From: Phycisphaeraceae bacterium
GTDB lineage: Bacteria; Planctomycetota; Phycisphaerae; Phycisphaerales; Phycisphaeraceae
Assembly (NCBI GenBank): GCA_963674705.1
Contig: OY771506.1
Coordinates: 1,536,001 to 1,600,000, forward strand
Direction of reading: 5' to 3'
DNA: 64,000 nucleotides
The notes beneath the pieces were generated by a model that searched no databases, was not told the origin of the DNA, and saw nothing but the letters and a program-made list of their open reading frames with translations. Every line of letters begins with the position of its first letter. Positions within the stretch are counted from its first letter, which is position 1. The position numbers and the translations under genes were made by a program. This document shows, in pieces, positions 48,019 to 58,323 of this stretch.

Positions 48019-49290
48019 ATGTTCGAGGCTCATATATGGAAAACCACGGCCGCTGCTGTTGTCGGTCTGGCTTTTGCCGCGACCGCTTCGGCGCAAAACG
48101 ACCCGCTGGCGCAGATTGACGTCGATTGGAACGGCAGCCCAACCTACACACCTGATGGCTTCACGGCCTGGGGTAGCTTTGAGCCGACGGCGCTGACCAC
48201 GGGTAATACCCATACCCAGACTTTCGGATCGATCACGTTGGCGATGACGCCGACCTATGGTCCGGACAACGGCGAGACCACCGGAGCGCTCGACGGCGAA
48301 CAGCGCTACATGGAATTCGGTGAAGGCAACGATCTTTATCGCAAGGATGTCTACGACGACTTCGTCCTCCTGCCGCGTAATACCGCCATCGGTATCGGGC
48401 AAAATTACTTTACGTATGAATTGAGCGGTCTGGCTGCGGATTCGGTCATCCGCGTTCGCATGTATAACTACGAACCCAACGCCAGCCCCGCGGACGAGAA
48501 CGCCGTCTATATGGCTTACAGCGCGGTGGACTCCGGCTTGTCATCCAGCTATCAACCTGCGGCGGACAACGCCGGTGAATATGCCAACCTCACACCCATG
48601 CTTCAGCGCAGCCGGTACACCGGGCCTTGGCCCGCCGACCCGGCGGTCGGTGATCCTTTGGGTTATGCGGTCGACTTCACCATCGCGACGGATGCGCTGG
48701 GCGAAGCCGTCTTCTATGGCTGGGCCGATCCGCTGAGCTACTCGCTTGATTCGGCGGGCCGATTCAACGGCATGGAAGTCTTTGCCCAGCAACTTGGCGA
48801 CATGAACTTCGACGATGTGGTTGACGCCAACGACGCCCCGATGTTCTACGACATCATCGCCGGCAACCTGCCGCAGGCTGTCGGTCTGGATGTCGCTGAT
48901 ATCACCAGCTTCGCGGCCGGTGTAGACCCGGGCGCACACGCTTGGGACGCCGCTGCTGATATGAACGGTGACGGCGTGCTCGACTTGGCCGACACCGCCC
49001 TGTTTGATGCCCTGATCGGGGCAAGTATCCCCGGCGATCTGAACGGCGACGGGTTTGTCGGCCTTGACGATCTGGACATCATCCTCGGCGCGTGGAACCA
49101 GAACGTACCACCTGCCGACGAGGCCGCCGACCCGTCCGGTGACGGTTTCGTGGGGCTGGACGATCTGGACATCGTGCTCAATAACTGGAATGCGGGCACA
49201 CCGCCGGCAGGATCGGTTGTTCCCGAACCCGCCAGCCTTGCCCTGCTGGGGCTGGGGATTGCTGCGATGATGCGTCGCCGCAGCTTCTGA
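48019..49290 (+). CDS. PEP-CTERM protein with an unknown N-terminal domain and two dockerin-like modules
   Basis: Signal peptide ASA|Q; GDMNFDDVVD..ADMNGDGVLD, then GDLNGDGFVGLDDLDI x2; VPEP tail. Confidence 0.9.
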   Translation: MFEAHIWKTTAAAVVGLAFAATASAQNDPLAQIDVDWNGSPTYTPDGFTAWGSFEPTALTTGNTHTQTFGSITLAMTPTYGPDNGETTGALDGEQRYMEFGEGNDLYRKDVYDDFVLLPRNTAIGIGQNYFTYELSGLAADSVIRVRMYNYEPNASPADENAVYMAYSAVDSGLSSSYQPAADNAGEYANLTPMLQRSRYTGPWPADPAVGDPLGYAVDFTIATDALGEAVFYGWADPLSYSLDSAGRFNGMEVFAQQLGDMNFDDVVDANDAPMFYDIIAGNLPQAVGLDVADITSFAAGVDPGAHAWDAAADMNGDGVLDLADTALFDALIGASIPGDLNGDGFVGLDDLDIILGAWNQNVPPADEAADPSGDGFVGLDDLDIVLNNWNAGTPPAGSVVPEPASLALLGLGIAAMMRRRSF

Positions 49291-49331
49291 TAGTAACACT
49301 TGTTTTTGATACACTTATATGATTTGGCTTC

Positions 49332-49361
49332 ACCGGTAGTCTTTCAGGGCTACCGGTTTTT
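49332..49361 (+). terminator. Rho-independent terminator
   Basis: accggtag-tctttcaggg-ctaccggt followed by a T-tract. Confidence 0.8.
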
Positions 49362-49535
49362 CGTTGTGTTTGACTTACAGTGAAAAAAGTCCGTCTAACG
49401 GGTTTAACAAGTTTGTCATTCTGATTTTGACGTTAAAATTGGTAATTTCAGTGTGAAACTGACAACGGGTCTCTATCCAGAAGTGTTTAACTTGTTTACC
49501 CTAGTGTAATCCAGTGTTGGGAGTTTCAGTTTTAA

Positions 49536-51944
49536 GTGGGAAGTAACAGCACGGCCTTCGATGACTTGAGGGGGGACGACGTTGGTACGTGTGATGATTC
49601 GGTGCTCAGTTCACTGATCCGATTTGCCCTGGATAACGCAACGATCTCGATGTTCACGGTGGATCCGGATGGCCGGTTCGTGGAAGTCAACGACACCGCC
49701 TGTCGGAATCTTGAATACACGCGCGAACAACTGCTGCGACTGTCTGTGCCGGACGTCAGCCTGTCGGTCACCCGCGAAACCTGGCCACAGCGTTGGCAGA
49801 CTATCCGCGAAGCGGGCAAAGCTGTATTCCTGCAGGAGCACAAGACCAAGAGCGGGCGGCGCTATCCGGTAGAGGTGGCGGCATCTTTTTTTGAGTATCA
49901 GGGGCGTGAATTCATCTGTGCCTGTGTCAATGACCTGACGGAGCGTATGCGTGTCGAGGAGTCTTTGTGCGCCAGCGAGCGATATAACCGGGCCCTGTTT
50001 GAGCAGAGCCCGGTAGGTCAGTCGCTGTGTCGGCTGGATGGTGTTCTGGTCGATGTCAATCAAGCGTATGCAAAAATCCTCGGTCGTTCGGCGACCCAGC
50101 TTGTCGGTCAGCCGTTTTTGCAGTTCACGCCGCAAGCGTATCACAGGCAGGGGAAAGAATCCTTGGTGTTGGCGCAGACGGAAGGTGGTTTCCCGGCCTA
50201 TGAGAAGAAGTACGTCAGGCCGGACGGAACGTGCGTATCGGTGAGGATCTCGGGCATCCTCTTGAATCGTGACGGCCAACCACTGATCTGGTGTTGTGTG
50301 CAGGACATTACCGAAGAGATACACGCACGCAACATCCAGAAGGAATCGCAGGCGTTACTCGAACGCCGGGTTGAGGAACGGACGCGTGAACTGACACGTG
50401 TGAATAAGCAACTGGCCCGTGAGGTCGCCGAGCGCCGACAGACCGAGCAGGCCCTGGCCGATGCCAAATCCAGGCTGCTGTCCGTGTTGTCGTCGAATCC
50501 TATGCTGGTCTACAGCTATCGGGTCGATACCGATCCGAAGGTGATCACGTTTGTCAGTGAGAACAGTGAGACGGAAACCGGATACCCCGCACAGAGTTTC
50601 CTGGAAGACCCGGATTTTTGGATCAATCATGTTCATCCGGATGACCGTGAGTGGGCACTGTATCAAGCGGCGGAATTAGTCGAGGCCGGCAGCGGCAGTT
50701 TCGAATACCGTTTCCTGCATGGCGACGGGACATACCGTTGGATCCGGGATACGGTGAGGGTTTCCCATAATGAAGCCGGATACCCGGCCGAACTGGTCGG
50801 TTGCTGGAATGATGTGACGCAGCAGAAGAAGGCCGAGCAGTTATTGCGTCTGGTGCAATCAGCGATGATGGCTATTTCCGAAGCCGTCATGATCACGGAT
50901 ACACGTTTTGAGGACGGTGGACCGTACATCGAATACGTAAATCCGGCGTTTGTAACGTTGACAGGGTACACCGGGGATGAGGTGGTGGGCAAGCCATCTC
51001 GCTTGATGCGGGGGTACGGTGCGGATGAGGAGGCACTGAAAAGACTGCAAAACGCGATACGTGAAGGCAAAACTTACAACGGACAGGTCGTTAACTACCA
51101 TAGGGACCGTACTGAGTATGCCGTCAAGTGGCAGGCGAGCCCGATCCGTGATGGCAACGGTGTCATTACGCATTGGCTGGTGGTGCAGGAAGATATTACA
51201 CAACAACTTCAGGACCAGGACACCCTGCGTAAGCGTGAACTGGAACTCGAACATGTTATGCGTCTGAGCACGATGGGAGAGATGGCGTCGGGCATCGCAC
51301 ACGAGTTAAATCAGCCGTTGACCGCCATCCATAACTACGCCCGCGGTGCGCTGCGTCGGATGAATCATCGAGAAGACGCGGACGACAGTCTGTTCCGGGC
51401 GATGGAGCACATCAGCGTGCAGGCCGAGCGATCCGGGCAGATTATCCGCAGGATGCGGCAGTTCGTGTCGCGGCGCGAACCCAGACGTTCGAGCATCGAA
51501 GTCCGTGAGCTGATACGGGACGTGCTGGTATTGTTTGAATCTGATCTGCGTTCACACAGCACGAGGGTCGAGCAGCATATCAGCGATGATTTGCCGATCC
51601 TTTATGCGGACCATATTCAGATCGAGCAGGTGCTTTTGAACCTGCTGCGTAATGCGACCGCGGCGATGCAGGACAACAAACCCGATGAAAAGGTAATCGA
51701 CGTCTATGTCTCGGCCGATGCCAAACGTCAGATCACGTTAAGTATCTGTGACAGGGGCTGCGGCCTGACAGACGAGCAACTGCAGCAGATATTCGATCCT
51801 TTCTTCACGACCAAGCGAGATGGGATCGGTATGGGATTAACCATCAGCCAGACGATTATTGAGATGCATGGCGGCCGCTTGATCGCTGAGCCCCGACCCG
51901 GCGGCGGCATGTGTTTCAAAATGATTCTACATGCTAAAGGGTAA
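49536..51944 (+). CDS. Soluble multi-PAS sensor histidine kinase (FixL/TtrS-like kinase core)
   Basis: Four PAS-like segments, MASGIAHELNQPL, QVLLNLLRNA, DRGCG, FFTTK and GMGL. Confidence 0.92.
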   Translation: MGSNSTAFDDLRGDDVGTCDDSVLSSLIRFALDNATISMFTVDPDGRFVEVNDTACRNLEYTREQLLRLSVPDVSLSVTRETWPQRWQTIREAGKAVFLQEHKTKSGRRYPVEVAASFFEYQGREFICACVNDLTERMRVEESLCASERYNRALFEQSPVGQSLCRLDGVLVDVNQAYAKILGRSATQLVGQPFLQFTPQAYHRQGKESLVLAQTEGGFPAYEKKYVRPDGTCVSVRISGILLNRDGQPLIWCCVQDITEEIHARNIQKESQALLERRVEERTRELTRVNKQLAREVAERRQTEQALADAKSRLLSVLSSNPMLVYSYRVDTDPKVITFVSENSETETGYPAQSFLEDPDFWINHVHPDDREWALYQAAELVEAGSGSFEYRFLHGDGTYRWIRDTVRVSHNEAGYPAELVGCWNDVTQQKKAEQLLRLVQSAMMAISEAVMITDTRFEDGGPYIEYVNPAFVTLTGYTGDEVVGKPSRLMRGYGADEEALKRLQNAIREGKTYNGQVVNYHRDRTEYAVKWQASPIRDGNGVITHWLVVQEDITQQLQDQDTLRKRELELEHVMRLSTMGEMASGIAHELNQPLTAIHNYARGALRRMNHREDADDSLFRAMEHISVQAERSGQIIRRMRQFVSRREPRRSSIEVRELIRDVLVLFESDLRSHSTRVEQHISDDLPILYADHIQIEQVLLNLLRNATAAMQDNKPDEKVIDVYVSADAKRQITLSICDRGCGLTDEQLQQIFDPFFTTKRDGIGMGLTISQTIIEMHGGRLIAEPRPGGGMCFKMILHAKG

Positions 51945-52116
51945 ACCCCTATACGCTGAAAAAACAAGAATTTAGATGTTAAACTTGACGCATATTGTCG
52001 GCGATACTTTGTATCATGTTGGCCACTTGGTGTAGCCGATGTTGAATCGGCTTGGGTAATTTTAATTGGGGGCTTGTGGTGATGAAGGGGCCGTTTGCAC
52101 TCAGGCTTACAAGCGA

Positions 52117-52761
52117 ATGGAAACACGTCCAACGATCTATCTTGTAGACGACGACCAGGCAGTGCGTGATTCGTTAAAGTGGTTGATTGAATCAGCGGGG
52201 TGGCTCGTTCAATCCTACGAATCGGCACAGCCGTTGCTCGATGAGCTCGAAGCCGCGCAGCAGTTGTTGTCTGGATGCATTATTGCTGATGTCCGCCTGC
52301 CGGGCATGAGCGGTATGGCGCTGCAACTGGAATTGGTGCGGCGGAAAATCAACCTGCCGTTCATTATCATTACCGGGCACGGTGATGTGGCGATGGCGGT
52401 GCGCGCGATCAAAGCCGGTGCGCTCGACTTTATTGAGAAGCCCTTCTCAGACAAGTTGCTGCTTGACCGCATCGAAGACGCGATGCGCATCGATGAAAGA
52501 CGCCGGATTGATGAGAAGCAGTATCAACACATCAAACAGTGCTATGAGACATTGACCGCCCGGGAGCAGCAGGTGATGGGAGAAGTCGTCAGCGGCAAGT
52601 CCAACAGGCAGATCGCCACTGATTTGAACGTCACACAGAAGACGATCGAGCAGCACCGCGCCCACGTCATGACCAAGATGAAAGCCGATAGCCTGGCCCA
52701 TCTGGTCCGCATGGCGGTGGCGATCGACGTGATCCCCGCCCCACTGCCCAATGATGTCTGA
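52117..52761 (+). CDS. FixJ-like response regulator (receiver plus LuxR HTH)
   Basis: LVDDD, ADVRLPGMSG, ITGHGDV, FIEKPF and LTAREQQV..SNRQIA. Confidence 0.93.
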   Translation: METRPTIYLVDDDQAVRDSLKWLIESAGWLVQSYESAQPLLDELEAAQQLLSGCIIADVRLPGMSGMALQLELVRRKINLPFIIITGHGDVAMAVRAIKAGALDFIEKPFSDKLLLDRIEDAMRIDERRRIDEKQYQHIKQCYETLTAREQQVMGEVVSGKSNRQIATDLNVTQKTIEQHRAHVMTKMKADSLAHLVRMAVAIDVIPAPLPNDV

Positions 52762-52777
52762 TCATTACCGCCGGGCG

Positions 52778-54163
52778 TCAGTCGCGTTTGGGAGATTCTG
52801 TCCAGACTTGGTAGGACCAAGGCTGCAATTTTAGCTTCCCATTGGTTGACTTAGGCGCGTTCTTTGTAAAGACTGGTTGCATCCCATACACCCCTGCGGG
52901 TAATGAAGCAATCTGAGGATCATTACTCAGGTTCAACACCACCACAACACGATTGCCCTTAACCATACGCTGATAGGCAAGCACGCTGTCAGTGGTGCAA
53001 TAATCGATCACTTCAAGGCGGCCGCCGCTGTTGCCGTGCCACAACGCCGGATTCTTACGTTTCAGCTCTGACAATGTCCTGTATAGTTCTGCCATCGAGT
53101 CTTCGCGCCAGTTGATCGGTTCCCGCTCGAAGAATTCAAGGCGGTTGTCCAGCCGGGCCTCCTGGCCGTTGTATATCAAAGGCATCCCCTCGATCGTGAA
53201 CGTCAATACGGTGAACGTTTCCAACCCTTCGCCCAACCGCTCCACTGCCGTACCTTCCCATGAGTTGATGTCATGGTTGGTCGTGAAGTTCAGGCGGAAC
53301 CCATTGCCTGGCACAATCCTCGCTTCGGCGTTCAGGTAGTTCACCAGGTCGGTTACCGACTTTGTGCCGGCCTTAATCTCGTTCATGTTCGGTGTCAGGC
53401 TCCATGCGTATGCGGCGTCGAACGCGTATTCAATCAATTCCGGCTTCGCACCTTCACCCAGCATGAATACAGGCTTGATCTGCCACAGCGCATCACGTGC
53501 ACCAACCCAGAAGTCCAGCGGCACCCACTCGGCTGTGTCGCAGCGGAATCCATCAATATCTACCTCTCGCACCCAGAACGCCATCGCATCGATCATCGCT
53601 TCGCGCAAACCTTGTTCATCAAAGTTCAGGTCGACCACATCCTTCCATAACTCGATCGGCGGTACGAGTCCGCCATTTTCATCGCGCGTGAACCAGTCCG
53701 GATGCTGTTTGATCCACGGATGATCGTGCGATGTATGGTTGGCGACCCAGTCGATGATGACATACATGCCCAGGTCGTGCGCTTCTTGAACAGTTTGTTT
53801 GAACTCATCAAGCGTGCCGAACTCAGGATTGAAGGCCTTGTAATCCTTCACCGCATACGGACTGCCAAGTGTGCCGGACCGGCCTTCGACGCCGATCGGG
53901 TGGATGGGCATGAACCATAGAACCCCCACGCCCAGCTCTTTGAGCCTTGGTAATTCCTTACGAAACGCATCAAGTGTCCCGGGTTGAGAAAACTGGCGTA
54001 GATTGACCTCGTATACCACCAGGTTCTCAACCCACTTCGGCGGATCGGGATAGGGGTGTTCCCGTGCAAGTGTCTGTGTCGTGCCGCAACCAACTACGCA
54101 GCACGCCAATACCCACAGGCACACAACTCGCAGCCAATCCTGGAATCGTTCAATTCTACTCAC
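52778..54163 (-). CDS. GH13 alpha-amylase family lipoprotein
   Basis: Lipobox VVGC; DWVANH, DGFRCD, MLGE and TNHD. Confidence 0.9.
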   Translation of the reverse strand: MSRIERFQDWLRVVCLWVLACCVVGCGTTQTLAREHPYPDPPKWVENLVVYEVNLRQFSQPGTLDAFRKELPRLKELGVGVLWFMPIHPIGVEGRSGTLGSPYAVKDYKAFNPEFGTLDEFKQTVQEAHDLGMYVIIDWVANHTSHDHPWIKQHPDWFTRDENGGLVPPIELWKDVVDLNFDEQGLREAMIDAMAFWVREVDIDGFRCDTAEWVPLDFWVGARDALWQIKPVFMLGEGAKPELIEYAFDAAYAWSLTPNMNEIKAGTKSVTDLVNYLNAEARIVPGNGFRLNFTTNHDINSWEGTAVERLGEGLETFTVLTFTIEGMPLIYNGQEARLDNRLEFFEREPINWREDSMAELYRTLSELKRKNPALWHGNSGGRLEVIDYCTTDSVLAYQRMVKGNRVVVVLNLSNDPQIASLPAGVYGMQPVFTKNAPKSTNGKLKLQPWSYQVWTESPKRD

Positions 54164-54237
54164 GGAAAATACCCTTGTTCTTCAGGTTTACGTTGCGATA
54201 TAGGTGAGGCGCCGGCTAAGGCTTTGCATACAACGCA

Positions 54238-55296
54238 TCAGACATCGATAAGCTCGGCCGACTCGCCGCGGAAGAAGTTGCTCCGCTTCGGTTCCAGCAG
54301 CATCGGCGCATCCCACGCCTCGTCACGCAGGAACCAACCGAAGCATTGCTCGAGGATCGAACTGACATCCGGGATATCCAGGCCCGCGATGCCCGGCGTC
54401 ATAAAGCGTGCCGGTGATTCGATATTCACCGCACAAATCGAGATATCCCGCCCGACCGCCAGACCCTCTTCCCAACAGGCCCGCATCGCGCCAAGCGCCG
54501 CGGGGAACGTCGTGCCGACCACCGCTGAGCCGCTCAGGTCCTGATCTTTAAGTTTCTCAAGCATGACCCGGTGGGCGTAAGGTGTCGGGTCCTCGAACGA
54601 GCGGGCCGGGTTTTCCCAGAGTTCGCCTTGGAGGCCTTCGCGTTTGATCCACTCCCGCCAGAGCCCGACACGTCGTTCGACTTCTGCGTTTTTCGTATGC
54701 GTCGAAATACAATGGATCTTCTTGTGCCCGTTTTTTTTCAGATGGCGGAAGACCTGGCGCACGTGTGTGTCGGGGAACAGGCGGATCGATTTGATCCCGT
54801 GCCGGCTCAGGTCGATGTCCAGCGAAACACACTTGCCATCACGCATCGCGCTGAGGACGCGCTCGGGTACATCACTTGAACTGGGGATCACGATCGCGCC
54901 ACCGCGATGACAGACCGCATCCATCACAACCGGGTCGTCCCAGTGCACATATTGCACCGGGCGCAGGTCCAGGTTGTGTTCGCGGGTGGCAACCGCCATG
55001 GTTTGGCGCAACTGTGTGAGGAAGGGCGAGGGATAGGCCGGGTAGAGCATCACGACCTGTGCGACTTGTTCTGTGGCTTGGTAATGCGGATTAACCTGTA
55101 GTGTTCCGCCCGTGCCGCGCTTCAGCACCCTTTTACCGATCAGCGCCTGCACCGCTTTGCGTGCGGTCATGTGGCTGACGCCGGTCTCCGCAGCGATCGT
55201 GCGTTCGCCGGGGAAAACCTCGAGCAGGTAATCACCCTGGCGTATCCGCCTTTCGATCACAGCCATGACCTCGGTGTATTTCGCTGAACGGGCCAC
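54238..55296 (-). CDS. Regulator with a GntR winged HTH and a LacI-type sugar-binding domain
   Basis: FPGERTIAAETGVSHMTARKAV; C-terminal GHKKI and GLAVGRDISI. Confidence 0.88.
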   Translation of the reverse strand: MARSAKYTEVMAVIERRIRQGDYLLEVFPGERTIAAETGVSHMTARKAVQALIGKRVLKRGTGGTLQVNPHYQATEQVAQVVMLYPAYPSPFLTQLRQTMAVATREHNLDLRPVQYVHWDDPVVMDAVCHRGGAIVIPSSSDVPERVLSAMRDGKCVSLDIDLSRHGIKSIRLFPDTHVRQVFRHLKKNGHKKIHCISTHTKNAEVERRVGLWREWIKREGLQGELWENPARSFEDPTPYAHRVMLEKLKDQDLSGSAVVGTTFPAALGAMRACWEEGLAVGRDISICAVNIESPARFMTPGIAGLDIPDVSSILEQCFGWFLRDEAWDAPMLLEPKRSNFFRGESAELIDV

Positions 55297-55439
55297 TATC
55301 GAACCTTCCTGTGGTTTGCATCCTTATTTATATAGAGCACGCCTCTATGACCCCATCAAAATACCAGCCGGGGCGGATGTCTGTCTGCTAGGGCGGCACT
55401 TTTTTACTGACTTCGGCCGCCAAGTGGTTAACAAAGGGG

Positions 55440-55482
55440 TTGACTTTAACCCTCACGCTGATATTATAACACTAGTGTTATA
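55440..55482 (+). promoter_or_regulatory. Promoter with an overlapping perfect 18-bp palindrome
   Basis: TTGACT-N16-TATTAT; TATAACACTAGTGTTATA at 55465-55482. Confidence 0.75.
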
Positions 55483-55549
55483 CTTTTCAAGCCCGCCGTC
55501 TTAGCAGGCACTCGGATAAATCTGATCCGTCGCACTTGGAGTCTTCGTT

Positions 55550-56491
55550 ATGACGACAACTGGCCGAAAAGCCGAACCGGGGTTCACGCTGATCGAATTG
55601 CTGGTGGTGATCTCGATAATCGCGCTTCTGGTCGGGATCCTGCTGCCTGCTTTGGGTGCGGCACGCAAGTCCGCCCAGCGGATGAAGTGCCTGGCGAACC
55701 TGAGGTCGATGGGCCAAGGCGCCCAGTCCTTCGCAACCGACCACCAGTATTACATCCCGATCAGCAGCAGCGACCTGGCGTGGGTGAATAACGGCACAGG
55801 TTTTCCTTCCGAACTGCGTGGAAAAATCGCGTCGTATAACGACCCAGCCTACCCGCGTATGAAAGACTGGGCCAGCGCGCTGGTGCCTTACCTCGGCGAC
55901 TCTTCGCAGGACGTCCCTTTCGACACCGCCGAGCCTAAAGTAGTGTCGATGTTCCGCTGCCCGAGTGATCCATATGAAGAAGGCCACGAGGTTGTCAGCA
56001 ACATCAGCGGGTCTCAACAGGGGATCCCGCTACCGATCTCGTTCAGTGTAAATGCGGATGTGACCACCTACGACGACACGCCCGGCGATGGCAGGGCTTG
56101 GTGGATGCCTAACGGCGGCGGGATGAACGTTCAGGAAATCCAGGTCTACAACGGCGATGCGTCTCCGGGGAGTCTCGACCGCATCCGGTCTATCTCAAAA
56201 ACCATGCTCTATGCCGATGGGGGCACGCGCTGCTATCCCAGCAGCTCGCCTATCCGCCGCGGCATCGTTTTGATGTACACCGCGGATAAGCGATTACCCA
56301 ATAAGGACAATCCCGGCACACTCGATGCGATCTACCAGTCCAACATCTTCCGGGAGAAGTTGCCACTGGCTGAGATCAATGCGGAGGATGACCGGCACAG
56401 TAACGCGCTGAACGTCGCGTTCGCGGACGGGCATGGTTCGTCGCATCAACCCGGAGAATTTCAGGAGGTTTATCTTTCGCCGAACAAGTAG
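55550..56491 (+). CDS. Prepilin-type N-terminal cleavage/methylation protein (DUF1559-like, H-X9-DG)
   Basis: [39 protein letters not shown] and RHSNALNVAFADGH. Confidence 0.93.
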   Translation: MTTTGRKAEPGFTLIELLVVISIIALLVGILLPALGAARKSAQRMKCLANLRSMGQGAQSFATDHQYYIPISSSDLAWVNNGTGFPSELRGKIASYNDPAYPRMKDWASALVPYLGDSSQDVPFDTAEPKVVSMFRCPSDPYEEGHEVVSNISGSQQGIPLPISFSVNADVTTYDDTPGDGRAWWMPNGGGMNVQEIQVYNGDASPGSLDRIRSISKTMLYADGGTRCYPSSSPIRRGIVLMYTADKRLPNKDNPGTLDAIYQSNIFREKLPLAEINAEDDRHSNALNVAFADGHGSSHQPGEFQEVYLSPNK

Positions 56492-56604
56492 TCGGCGTGT
56501 TATTCACAAGGCCGATCCGGCTGTGAACGATAACGGATCGGTTCGGCTGGTGCATCGCGAGCGTTGAATTCAATATTGTCTTACACACTTAGGAGGTTCT
56601 TGAT

Positions 56605-58185
56605 ATGAAGTTTTACAAAGCCGGCTTAACGGCCATCGCATTGTTGGCATTAGCAACACCGACCTACGGCACGTTCGTCATCGCGGGTGAAGTGCAGGAC
56701 GAACAAGGCGACCTCGCCGACTGGGACCCGACCGGTAGTTCGCTTCTGATGAGCGACCTGGGCGGCGGTATCTATACAATCTCGGTCCCCAACCTGCTCG
56801 ACGGCACGCGCTACGACTTCAAGGTCGTAGATGATGAAGGCACGCCCCCGGCCGTGTGGGGCGATCCGGAAATCACCCCCAACCAACTCACCCTCATCGG
56901 TGACGCGGACGGCACGGTCCAGATCACCGTGGACACCAACGTCACCAACGCCATCGGCAGCTTCGCCACGTGGATCAACTTCGACAACGCGCCGCTGCAT
57001 GTGGTCGGTGACTTCATGGATGAAGCCGGCGGCTTCGCCGACTGGGACCCGGCCGACCCGGCATTCGCCATGACCGATCAGGGCAGCGGTTACTACACGT
57101 TTGATGCTGTGATCAGCACGCCCGGTGTGTACAACTTCAAGGTTACCTTCGGCGACGGCTGGGACGATCAGATCGGTGTCGGCGGATTCAACAACAACGC
57201 CGCGACCTATCAGTTCATCACCTCGGCTGTCGACGAACCTGTCACGATGTTCGTCGACCTGTCGAACCGGCAAATCGGTGCGACAGCCGCGGTGTATCAG
57301 ATCGGCACACTCACGGTTGCAGGTGACTTCCAGACCGAACAGGGCGACCCCGCCGACTGGGATGTTGAGAACAGCTCTATTGTCATGAGTGAATCCGGCG
57401 GCGTGTATACCGTCACCGTCAGCAACCTCAGTGACGGTGTCGCGTATGACTTCACGATCTTCAATGACGCGGGCTCCCCGCCGGTATCTTCGAGTGATCC
57501 GAAGATCACACCCGTTGATATTACGATGTACGGCGATGCGTCCGGCGATGCCACCATCACGGTTGATACCAACGTTACGAACCTCCAGAACAACCCATCC
57601 GTGTGGGTGGACTTTGACACCGCCCCGCTGCAGGTGGTTGGTGACTTCATGGATGAAGCCGGCGGTTTAGCCGACTGGGACCCGGCCGACCCGGCCTTCG
57701 CCATGACCGCTGAAGGTGATGGCTACTACACCTTCGATGCCGTTATCAGTACACCCGGCACCTACGTGTTCAAGACCAGCTTCGGCGCGGGTTGGTCCGA
57801 CCAGGTCGGCACCGACGGCTTCAGCGATAACGCTCAAGTATTCGTCTTCGAAACGACCATAGCCGACGAAGCGATCACCATGTTCGTCGACTTGGCGAAC
57901 CGTCAACTTGGTCTCGTTTCCGCGAGCATCCCCGGCGATCTGAACGGTGACGGCTTCGTCGGTCTGGATGACTTGGATATTATCCTCAGCGCATGGAATC
58001 AGAACGTACCCCCGGCCGACAGCGCGGCCGATCCCTCCGGTGATGGTTTTGTCGGCCTGGATGACCTGGACATCGTGCTCAATCACTGGAACGAAGGCAC
58101 GCCCCCCAGTGCAGTCGTGCCCGAGCCGGCAACCGTGGCGCTTCTGGGAATGGGTTTGTTCGCGACGATGAAGCGTCGAGGCTGA
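56605..58185 (+). CDS. Non-catalytic PEP-CTERM protein with four pullulanase-X25/starch-binding-like domains and a dockerin-like module
   Basis: A-B-A-B repeats (AGxxQxEQGDxADWD; VVGDFMDEAGGxADWDP..YYTF..PGxYxFK), dockerin-like pair and VPEP tail. Confidence 0.85.
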   Translation: MKFYKAGLTAIALLALATPTYGTFVIAGEVQDEQGDLADWDPTGSSLLMSDLGGGIYTISVPNLLDGTRYDFKVVDDEGTPPAVWGDPEITPNQLTLIGDADGTVQITVDTNVTNAIGSFATWINFDNAPLHVVGDFMDEAGGFADWDPADPAFAMTDQGSGYYTFDAVISTPGVYNFKVTFGDGWDDQIGVGGFNNNAATYQFITSAVDEPVTMFVDLSNRQIGATAAVYQIGTLTVAGDFQTEQGDPADWDVENSSIVMSESGGVYTVTVSNLSDGVAYDFTIFNDAGSPPVSSSDPKITPVDITMYGDASGDATITVDTNVTNLQNNPSVWVDFDTAPLQVVGDFMDEAGGLADWDPADPAFAMTAEGDGYYTFDAVISTPGTYVFKTSFGAGWSDQVGTDGFSDNAQVFVFETTIADEAITMFVDLANRQLGLVSASIPGDLNGDGFVGLDDLDIILSAWNQNVPPADSAADPSGDGFVGLDDLDIVLNHWNEGTPPSAVVPEPATVALLGMGLFATMKRRG

Positions 58186-58323
58186 AAAAAACATGGCCGA
58201 TTTGGCTGTGTAAGTTGTAAAATACACCGAGCAGGAGAAACCCTTTACCGTAGATGCGTGTGCGGCTTTCGGTTTCCTCCTACTCGGTCGTTTCGTAATG
58301 TTTAAAAAGAAGTTGAGTAGTAC

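Noticed and set aside
50870..51200. LOV photoreceptor domain
   Set aside because: GKPSRLMR lacks the cysteine of the GxNCRFLQ motif, so this is an ordinary PAS domain.
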